From the NCBI GenBank assembly GCA_964518475.1, contig CAZFGR010000019.1, forward strand, positions 1-27,094: a DNA stretch of 27,094 bases. Reading direction: 5' to 3'. Origin of the DNA: an uncultured Nitrososphaerota archaeon. Lineage in GTDB: Archaea; Asgardarchaeota; Njordarchaeia; Njordarchaeales; Njordarchaeaceae. A program made the position numbers and the translations under genes. Below the pieces are notes generated by a model. It was not told the DNA's origin. It saw only the letters and a program-made list of their open reading frames with translations, and did not search any database. Position 1 is the stretch's first letter; every line of letters begins with the position of its first letter. Shown in pieces: positions 16,330-23,525 of the stretch.

Positions 16330-17682
16330 CTACTTCAAGAATTTTTCTTCCCACTCTTTTAAATGTTGTATGCTCTCCTCAACTGATGCGAATCTTTCTC
16401 TCGCAGCCTCAACATCCTCCTTTGTAACCTTGTTCCTTCCGTTTATTTTTGCTCTCTCAGCTGCTGGTGCCATCAATTGTACTGCATATCTTAGAGAAAT
16501 TTCGGTACCATACCTGACCAAGAGTTCCATCGCCTCGTCATCCAGTTCAATACCTTCCTCCCTCGCCCTAATCTTGATAATTTCACGAACCTCTTCAGCA
16601 CTATACGGGTACGTGGGGATTATCAACAACCTATCTAGCAGATCAAGCGGCATACCATGAGGAGAAACAATATCCGTACCCCGAATCTTAGTCAAACCCC
16701 TATTCGACGCCATGATCACAATTGGTGCTAGTTCTGATTCGAGAGCACGGTTAAGAAAACTAAAAGCCTCAATATCCAACATATGTATTTCATCTATGAA
16801 GAGGACTCCGGGGATTATTTCTGCTTTTCCTTCTTCTACTCTTTCTTTGACCCATTGGTCGACTTGTGCTCTTGTCTCTGGGTCTATTTCTTTTCTTTCT
16901 TCGCCTCCGCCGAATAGTAGGGAGAATATTCCTCCGCCACTTCTTTGTTTGTGGAAGAGTTCATCAAGTTCATCTAATGTTGTTGTCCATACGAATTCTC
17001 TGTCCTTTTCGACGGGACCTGATGGAACTGGTACTCTTGGTACTCGCCCTATGTCGTATCCTATTTCTTTAGCGGCTTCCTCGCTTATTCCGAGTATGCT
17101 GACTCTGCCGGTTTCTTTATCGATCATAATAACCATGCCTTTCTGGACTCCTCTGTTAATCATTTCCTCCGCCACATCTGGGCCGATGGTATATGTTACT
17201 CTCTCGTCTTTTGTTCTTAGAGTAAGTTTTGCTTTTTGAACAACTCTTTGGTAGGGGTTAAAGGGGTGTGATACGAAGTGTGGTTCAAATTCTGCAACTT
17301 CGCCCTCGAGCACTCTTCTTATCTCCCTTAATCTCACGCCAATGGCTTTCCTCAAGGCTCTCATCAAAACTTCTGTCTTCTTCACTTCCGCACTGTAAAT
17401 CTCTGAACCACTTAGCTGAACGAATGGGACATCACTTCCCAACTCTCTGGCAATCCCTATAGCTATAGCAGTCTTACCCGTTCCAGGAGGTCCAGCTAGG
17501 AGAACGGCACGTCCCGCCATTTTTCCCTCTTTGATAAGTCTAACTACGAGACCGGCTGCTTCACGAGCCTTTATTTGACCAACAAGTCCATCTCCAATAA
17601 ACTTAGCGTTCCCCTTTTCGTCAAGTCCTAGCCCCTTAACGTGACTATGAGCACCGATCCTAATTAGGGTTCTAGTACTCAT
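16330..17682 (-). CDS. tip49: TIP49/RuvB-like AAA+ ATPase (Rvb1/Rvb2 homolog)
   Basis: AHSHVKGLGL, Walker A GPPGTGKT, SEIYSAEVKKTE, Walker B FIDEIHML, SPHGMPLDLLDR, SLRYA. ATG 17682 follows SD GAGGTGA. Confidence 0.95.
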   Translation of the reverse strand: MSTRTLIRIGAHSHVKGLGLDEKGNAKFIGDGLVGQIKAREAAGLVVRLIKEGKMAGRAVLLAGPPGTGKTAIAIGIARELGSDVPFVQLSGSEIYSAEVKKTEVLMRALRKAIGVRLREIRRVLEGEVAEFEPHFVSHPFNPYQRVVQKAKLTLRTKDERVTYTIGPDVAEEMINRGVQKGMVIMIDKETGRVSILGISEEAAKEIGYDIGRVPRVPVPSGPVEKDREFVWTTTLDELDELFHKQRSGGGIFSLLFGGGEERKEIDPETRAQVDQWVKERVEEGKAEIIPGVLFIDEIHMLDIEAFSFLNRALESELAPIVIMASNRGLTKIRGTDIVSPHGMPLDLLDRLLIIPTYPYSAEEVREIIKIRAREEGIELDDEAMELLVRYGTEISLRYAVQLMAPAAERAKINGRNKVTKEDVEAARERFASVEESIQHLKEWEEKFLK

Positions 17683-17940
17683 AAGGTGATTCACCTCTTA
17701 CAACATCATGTCTCTGAATAACAATACCGTGAGAAGGAACGATAGGGAAGAGCTAAGTTAGTCCTAGAGAAAATATTCTTATCATATATTCGAGTCACTA
17801 AATCTATAAATATTTCTTATTGATAGAACTTCCAAATAGCATCGGTCGCATTCTCAGAAATATTTTTGGTATATGCACTAGGGAGAAGTATTCAATAGTT
17901 GCTTATCCAAAAACTATGCCATGACTAAAAGTTTCATAAA

Positions 17941-17992
17941 ATGATGAAGCTAACTAATCGGAATAACGCATGAAGACGAAGAGCCGAGCTGA
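17941..17992 (+). ncRNA. Box C/D guide sRNA, D guide antisense to 23S rRNA domain V
   Basis: C ATGATGA 17941-47, 11-nt guide agctaactaat, D' CGGA 17959-62, C' ATGAAGA 17970-76, 12-nt guide cgaagagccgag, D CTGA 17989-92. GAAGAGCCGA is complementary to the conserved GAUG-UCGGCUCUUC of archaeal/eukaryotic LSU rRNA. Confidence 0.85.
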
Positions 17993-18073
17993 TGAATGAA
18001 ACGCTGAGAGGCTAGAAGAGGATTATTTTTAAAATGTGATTACGAGAGAGAGTAATTTTGTTAGATTAGTGAT

Positions 18074-18124
18074 ATGATGATAATTGGGCCGTCTGATAAT
18101 AGGGATGAAGGCTGGGACACCTGA
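18074..18124 (+). ncRNA. Box C/D guide sRNA
   Basis: C ATGATGA 18074-80, 12-nt guide taattgggccgt, D' CTGA 18093-96, C' GGGATGA 18102-08, 12-nt guide aggctgggacac, D CTGA 18121-24. Flanks can pair (TGA/TCA; AATTTTG 18054-60 with CAAAATT 18126-32). Confidence 0.9.
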
Positions 18125-18182
18125 TCAAAATTCTAAAACAGCATTCTTCCTCATTATGCATCATTTAGAGATACTACAATGA

Positions 18183-18232
18183 TTTTTTAAATAACATTTC
18201 CTAAATCGCCAAATAGTGACTTTTTTAAATAA
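18183..18232 (+). promoter_or_regulatory. Tandem TATA-like direct repeat upstream of actin
   Basis: TTTTTTAAATAA occurs exactly at 18183-94 and 18221-32, about 50-100 bp upstream of the actin start. Confidence 0.5.
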
Positions 18233-18284
18233 TATATTCTCTACGTTTTGTGGTAAGAGCGAATCCGCATTAATCGGTGATTTT

Positions 18285-19439
18285 ATGACTCATAGTTTTC
18301 CACAACTGGAAAATAAAGCTGTAGTAATTGATATGGGAACTGGTTACACAAAAGTTGGTTTTGCTGGCGAAGAATGGCCAAGAAGCATCTTCCCAAGCGT
18401 CGTCGGTTACCCAAAATATGAGGTAGTAATGCCGGAGGCCGAGGCATATGCTCTAGAATACTATGTAGGTCGAGAAGCAATTCACATGCGAGGTGTAATG
18501 CGCTTAGTATGGCCTATCCGTCATGGAATAGTCACTGACTGGAAGAGCTGGGAAAAAATAGTTCATCATGTCTACTATAAAGAATTAAGAGTTAATCCTC
18601 AAGATCATCCATTGTTAATAACAGAGGCTCCTCTAGCTCCGAAGGAGAACCGTATTAAGATGGCCGAGATTTTATTCGAGACCTTCGGAGTGCCCGCGTT
18701 ATATGTCGCCACGCAAGCTATTCTGGCTCTCTATCATGCTGGTAGGGTTACGGGACTGGTTATTGACTCTGGTGATGGAGTGACGCATATTGTGCCTATT
18801 CAAGAAGGTTTCCTGATCAGACACGCCGTGAGAAGAGTAAACCTAGCAGGAAGAGACATTACAGAGTATCTGGCTCGTCTTTTGACAGCTCGGGGTTATT
18901 ATTTCCGCTCTAGTGCTGAAATGGAGATTGTTCGTGAGATTAAGGAGAAGCTGTGTTATTTTGCTCTTGATTATCAGGCGGAGTTGGAGAAGGCTAAGAG
19001 GATGCCTAGGGCCGTTGCTGCTACTTATGAGTTGCCCGATGGTAGGATTATTGAGCTTGTTGAGGAGAGGTTCCAAGCTCCCGAGATACTGTATCATCCT
19101 TCATGGATCGGGCTAGAGGATATGCCTCTAGATGAGCTTGTGTATGATTCCATAATGGCTTGTGACATTGATATTCGACCTTCAATGTACAGTAACATTA
19201 TTCTATCTGGAGGAACTACCCTTACTCCTAACTTCGCTGAGAGATTGGAGAAAGAGGTAAAGGAGCTAGTTCCCCCAGCAGCCCGTGATAAGGTCAGGGT
19301 GGAAGCTCCAGAAGCTAGACAATATGCTGTATGGATCGGTGGAGCTATTTTGGCATCCCTACCCGCGTTCAAGAAGATCGTTGTTACTCAGAAGGAATGG
19401 CGTGAAGTTGGTCCGGACGCAGTCCTAAGAACTGTATAA
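18285..19439 (+). CDS. Eukaryote-like actin (Asgard/Lokiactin-type)
   Basis: VVIDMGTGYTKVGFAG, PIRHGIVTDW, HPLLITEAPL, QAILALY, DSGDGVTH, LAGRDIT, SAEMEIVREIKEKLCY, YELPDG, LSGGTT, VWIGGAILASL. 384 aa from ATG 18285, which follows SD GGTGA. It aligns to canonical actin nearly without gaps, unlike crenactin or MreB. Confidence 0.95.
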   Translation: MTHSFPQLENKAVVIDMGTGYTKVGFAGEEWPRSIFPSVVGYPKYEVVMPEAEAYALEYYVGREAIHMRGVMRLVWPIRHGIVTDWKSWEKIVHHVYYKELRVNPQDHPLLITEAPLAPKENRIKMAEILFETFGVPALYVATQAILALYHAGRVTGLVIDSGDGVTHIVPIQEGFLIRHAVRRVNLAGRDITEYLARLLTARGYYFRSSAEMEIVREIKEKLCYFALDYQAELEKAKRMPRAVAATYELPDGRIIELVEERFQAPEILYHPSWIGLEDMPLDELVYDSIMACDIDIRPSMYSNIILSGGTTLTPNFAERLEKEVKELVPPAARDKVRVEAPEARQYAVWIGGAILASLPAFKKIVVTQKEWREVGPDAVLRTV

Positions 19440-19562
19440 TCTCCTGAAATATCACTAACAATAAATTCGAATTAGAAATGTTTTGGACATTATTTTAACA
19501 GTAATAATTGAGATATAGATGTTCACGAGAATTAGTTAAATTACACTAATCTAATCTCATTT

Positions 19563-21617
19563 TTATCCTTTAGCAAGTTGTTTTCCTAGTTCTATGATAG
19601 TGAGTAAGTCTTGGAAACTAGGCAAGATAATTTCTTCAGCATATATTCTTAAGTCCACGTTGCCTAATGGTGCATCTTTTACTGTCCCAATAACTATAGC
19701 TTCTCTCCCCTCTAATTCTCTTTGAAGATTTTCTAGGATAAGGTTTTTCTCGATACCAGTTTGTGGTATCCCTAATTCGTTGAGAAGGTTTTTTGTTCCT
19801 TTTTCATTGAGTATTACTTCCGCCTTCTTTACATCATCATCTAAGAAAAAGACTATGACAAATTCTTCTAGTGGCTTACCTATATGACCTTGTTCGCAAA
19901 TGGCGTTACCGTTTGTTTCCTCAACTATCGGTGCCGAGCATTCTCTACAAAACTTCTTATTGCCTACGTAGATTATTTCTGTTATTGTTCCAATAGTTTT
20001 TTCGCGATTTCCCGTTGGTTTGATGAATCTGAGGAGTTTGGCATCATAATAGGGCTTTAACTCTATAACTGATGATTCATCTCCAGCGAAGAAGACGATT
20101 TCTTCTCTCTTGGTTTTTCTCGGTTTTCTAACATTTCTTAACACAATTGGTGTTTCTGCTACTATTTTCCTCATTTTTTCGAATAATTGGTTGTTCCATA
20201 TGAACACTGTAGCTTGGTTTCCCTTCTTATCCCTTATCTTTGCGTATCTTAGAACCGAACCATTCTTCTTACGTATTTCTCCAGTTTCCTTCAATGTAGC
20301 TATAATAGTGTGTTCTCCCTCACCCACTTTGTCAAAGACTTCAATTATTTCCTCCTTTACCTCCTCCTCTTTTTTCTCCTCGATTTCTTCCTCTATTATG
20401 AACTTTGGGAAGTCTTTGGGATTCTTGAGAATATGTTCGAAGCGCGAGACATGAATCTCTACTGGGAACTTCTCTGACTTGCTCTCCCTTATAACTCCGT
20501 AAATCCGTAACTTGTCACCTTTCTTTAAATCCGCTAACTCATCGATCTTCTCTTCATCCCATATGAGCACTCTCGCCCGATCGGTGTCGTCGCTAACCAG
20601 AAAAAACATATACCTGTGGACTTTATCATCGCGCCTATATTTTCTAATTGATGGATTCGAGTATACGATTACGTAGAATACTGCCTTACCATTTATAGCG
20701 TCTCTTGCTTCCCTAATTTTCATAGTTTTCTGGCCTATAACGGATATTGATGATAATCGACCAGCACTAAGCTCGATTATTTCTTTTCCCCGTATCTCTC
20801 TTTTCTTTCTTGATACCCCTCTTATTACGAGTATATCTCCAGGAAGAATATCTCCCCTCAGTACCTTCTCAGCGTGCTCTCCCCAGAGGGAGATTAGAAG
20901 ATTTTGGTTCGGATCCTGTTCATCAATTAGTGATATAGTTGCGAGGATTACTCTTCTATTATTTTTGAAGAATTCCTTAGTATCTAGGATCTTATCAAAC
21001 ACTCCCCTAACATCTAGTTCAAACACGTTTTCCTCGGAGATAATTTTTCTGGCCTCAGCCACACTCATAGGAGTTGGGACGCTCGGCACTATTTGTCCTG
21101 GGTAATAAGATAGATCGGTTTCATCAACATAGGTCAGTTCTGTCTCCGTACCCCCGTACAAAGTTATTATATCATCAATTTTCCTCCCTACATCAACTCT
21201 TCTTAAAAGAACGATATCCCCCACATCTAAACCTAGTTGCGAAAATATTTTTGCAACTCTATCTTGAAGATAAACAAGTGCTTTTCCACTTCCATCGGCT
21301 AAGAGAAGTCTTATCCTGCTTTTTTCTCGTTTCTCAGATAATAATCTCATAATTCTTCCTAAGACAGTTACTTTTCGCATGCCTGGGACAAGATCAGCTA
21401 TCCTAATAACCGCATACTCACTAGTTATCCTCTCTATCAATTCTGGATCAGCTATACCATATTTGTCCATCAGTATTAATAGAGCGGTTCTCTCCGTTAT
21501 TAGATTAGAGGCTTCGCCCCTAATATTTTTTATTTCTTCTTCTAATTTCTCTAATGTCCAGCCTAATCTCTTAGCTATCATCTTTTTAACAAGAGATAAA
21601 TCTTCAGTTTTCTTCAT
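19563..21617 (-). CDS. rpa: Replication protein A large subunit (multi-OB-fold ssDNA-binding protein with Zn finger)
   Basis: N-terminal helical domain (LITERTALLIL) and repeated OB folds (IADLVPGMRKVTVLGRI, LADGSG, ISLWGE, DDTDRARVLIWD, DKKGNQATVFIWN). C-terminal CRECS...CEQGH Zn finger followed by LDD. Confidence 0.85.
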   Translation of the reverse strand: MKKTEDLSLVKKMIAKRLGWTLEKLEEEIKNIRGEASNLITERTALLILMDKYGIADPELIERITSEYAVIRIADLVPGMRKVTVLGRIMRLLSEKREKSRIRLLLADGSGKALVYLQDRVAKIFSQLGLDVGDIVLLRRVDVGRKIDDIITLYGGTETELTYVDETDLSYYPGQIVPSVPTPMSVAEARKIISEENVFELDVRGVFDKILDTKEFFKNNRRVILATISLIDEQDPNQNLLISLWGEHAEKVLRGDILPGDILVIRGVSRKKREIRGKEIIELSAGRLSSISVIGQKTMKIREARDAINGKAVFYVIVYSNPSIRKYRRDDKVHRYMFFLVSDDTDRARVLIWDEEKIDELADLKKGDKLRIYGVIRESKSEKFPVEIHVSRFEHILKNPKDFPKFIIEEEIEEKKEEEVKEEIIEVFDKVGEGEHTIIATLKETGEIRKKNGSVLRYAKIRDKKGNQATVFIWNNQLFEKMRKIVAETPIVLRNVRKPRKTKREEIVFFAGDESSVIELKPYYDAKLLRFIKPTGNREKTIGTITEIIYVGNKKFCRECSAPIVEETNGNAICEQGHIGKPLEEFVIVFFLDDDVKKAEVILNEKGTKNLLNELGIPQTGIEKNLILENLQRELEGREAIVIGTVKDAPLGNVDLRIYAEEIILPSFQDLLTIIELGKQLAKG

Positions 21618-21636
21618 ATTAACACCGGTGATTGCC

Positions 21637-22290
21637 TTGGAGACTTATGGGCCCTTAGTTCGAACGGATCTCGACATGGTATGCCCCCTATGTAATAAAG
21701 GTAGGTTGATAATGTACTATAAAGTAACTAAAATACCATATTTCGGTGACATATTTCTTATGGCAATTCGATGCACCAACTGTAGTTTAAAGATTTCTGA
21801 TATCTTAGCGGTACGGGAAAAGGGAGACATGCCAGAAAAACATGAAATAAGGATTCTTCCAGAAAGACTGGGAGACCTAGTTGTTTTATCATCTGGTGCG
21901 AAAGTAGAGATACCCGAGCTAGAAATAGAACTCACGATAGGCTTAGAGACGGGCGGGGAAATAACTACCGTTGAGGGAATTTTGCTAGAGTCAATAGAGT
22001 TCATAAATTCCTTACTTAGTAGCGAGGATGATGCAGAGAAAAAGAAAAAATTGGAGAGAATAAAGCAGTTACTAGAGACCGAGAAAAATAATCCGACAGG
22101 CAAATTAAGACTGATTGTGACTGATAAGAATAAACGAAGCGCAATAATCCCTATAGAGCTTTGGAGCAAAAGAGTGGAGGAGGAACGATTAAAAGCATTA
22201 GGGCTCAGAGAAGAACTAATCAGTAAAGCCAAAGAACTAGGCAAACAAATAGTTAAAGAGAGGGTAAAAAAGAGGGAATTCAGTCACTGA
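21637..22290 (+). CDS. ZPR1 zinc-finger domain protein
   Basis: CPLC...IPYFG...CTNC, IPELEIEL, ITTVEGIL. The real start is likely TTG 21637 after SD GGTGA. The ORF-track extension to 21379 is antisense to rpa. Confidence 0.88.
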   Translation: METYGPLVRTDLDMVCPLCNKGRLIMYYKVTKIPYFGDIFLMAIRCTNCSLKISDILAVREKGDMPEKHEIRILPERLGDLVVLSSGAKVEIPELEIELTIGLETGGEITTVEGILLESIEFINSLLSSEDDAEKKKKLERIKQLLETEKNNPTGKLRLIVTDKNKRSAIIPIELWSKRVEEERLKALGLREELISKAKELGKQIVKERVKKREFSH

Positions 22291-22726
22291 TTTCTATTTC
22301 GATAGGCTCCTTACCTTTCCTGAGCCTTATTATGAGAACTCCTCTCTCCTTATCAAATCTTACCTTGACATCTCCTGGCTCTGGGGTATATGGTAGTTGT
22401 AACTCAGCTCGATATTCTCTGCAAACCGTCTTACCGGTTAGTAAGGGGTAGACGAGAGTTTTGTCTGGAATTGCTCGAATCCTTAACTTGTCTCCCTCTA
22501 GTTCCACTTTTATATTAGCTTTATCACTAACACCCACTAACTCAACGTAGTAAATACTTTCACCAGGTCTGTGCTCCTCAATTATTCTCGGTCGAATAAC
22601 GCCTTCAGAACATGATAAAAAGTCGTCAGACTCTACGAAATGTGTGACGTGTTCCCTCTTACCGACTCTCCTAATGGGTCTTACTTCCTCCTCATAGTAG
22701 TAATAGAAGAAGAACTCCTCACTCAT
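22280..22726 (-). CDS. Hsp20/alpha-crystallin family small heat-shock protein
   Basis: YVELVGV..ANIKVEL, YRAELQLP, GVLIIRLRK, C-terminal IEI motif. ATG 22726 follows SD GGAGGTG. Confidence 0.8.
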   Translation of the reverse strand: MSEEFFFYYYYEEEVRPIRRVGKREHVTHFVESDDFLSCSEGVIRPRIIEEHRPGESIYYVELVGVSDKANIKVELEGDKLRIRAIPDKTLVYPLLTGKTVCREYRAELQLPYTPEPGDVKVRFDKERGVLIIRLRKGKEPIEIEISD

Positions 22727-22739
22727 AATCCACACCTCC

Positions 22740-23507
22740 TCATGTGTATAATTCACTAACTTCCTTTGGCAAAGAGACCTTCATAGCCTTCTCCAATTTC
22801 TGCATTTCTAATCGTATTTCTTCGGCGCGTTCAAGTAGCTCTTGTACATTTATTTGATCCTCCTTCCCTAAAATCTTAGCGAGAACCTTCAGTAGCCTAG
22901 CAGCGCTTCCAGGGTCTGCTACCAGGGGTACTTGGTATGTTTCTGATAAGAGAACTAGAGCGGTCTTCTTCTTAATTAATCTATCCATCAAGACATAAGC
23001 GTAGGGTCCGCTTAATGTACCGTTACTTATTACTTCAACACCGGATTTTTCAACGGCCTCGTATGCTTTCTTACCAACAGGTGCTGCTAGGATCATGATT
23101 TCCTCGTCAGCTTTTTGCATCCTAGCAGCGCTTGGAGCTGAGGCCAACATTATTGGTAACTCTATTTGTTTTTCATCAATAAGCTTCACTATAAACTTAG
23201 CTAAGGGTATCGCTAATACAGCACTCATAGGAGCTTCAAACATTAGGACAAGGGTGTCATCGTTTGCAAACAATCTAATCATCGGTTCAGGTTGCTTATT
23301 TTCGTACCTAATAATAACGGATGTTGGTTCTGATACAACAAACCCAACCCTACGCATATTGAGACTCTTAACCAATTGTCTAAGAGCCAGAATCCCTACC
23401 AAACCGATCTCGGGTATCGCGACAATCAAGTGTTTATACTTCCCCGACTCTATTTTCTCTTCTTCAATAATTTTGAAAAATTCAGGCGATGTGACCTTTT
23501 CTTGCAT
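22740..23507 (-). CDS. PAC2-family proteasome assembly chaperone/activator (PbaA/PbaB-like)
   Basis: IPEIGLVG, IRLF, SGP, ADPGSAA, ELLERAEEI, C-terminal ELYT (HbYX). ATG 23507 follows SD GGTGA. Confidence 0.85.
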   Translation of the reverse strand: MQEKVTSPEFFKIIEEEKIESGKYKHLIVAIPEIGLVGILALRQLVKSLNMRRVGFVVSEPTSVIIRYENKQPEPMIRLFANDDTLVLMFEAPMSAVLAIPLAKFIVKLIDEKQIELPIMLASAPSAARMQKADEEIMILAAPVGKKAYEAVEKSGVEVISNGTLSGPYAYVLMDRLIKKKTALVLLSETYQVPLVADPGSAARLLKVLAKILGKEDQINVQELLERAEEIRLEMQKLEKAMKVSLPKEVSELYT

Positions 23508-23525
23508 CAGAATCACCAATAATCT

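Noticed and set aside
16370-17462. Several plus-strand ORFs within tip49, and similar ORFs opposite other genes (e.g. 11633-12151, 14912-15391, 21717-22244, 23095-24039)
   Set aside because: Ser/Ile/Phe-rich antisense shadows of well-supported genes.
17989-18007. CTGATGA-AT-GAAAC hammerhead-like core / extra C-D pair
   Set aside because: No room for stem II and no flanking stems. Better explained as the D box of the 17941 sRNA plus chance sequence.
18216-18284. 23-aa N-terminal extension of actin in the ORF track
   Set aside because: Runs through the TATA-like repeat. ATG 18285 has a GGTGA SD and gives a normal actin length.
21379-21636. 86-aa N-terminal extension of ZPR1
   Set aside because: Antisense to the rpa coding region; Ser/Ile/Phe-rich shadow sequence.
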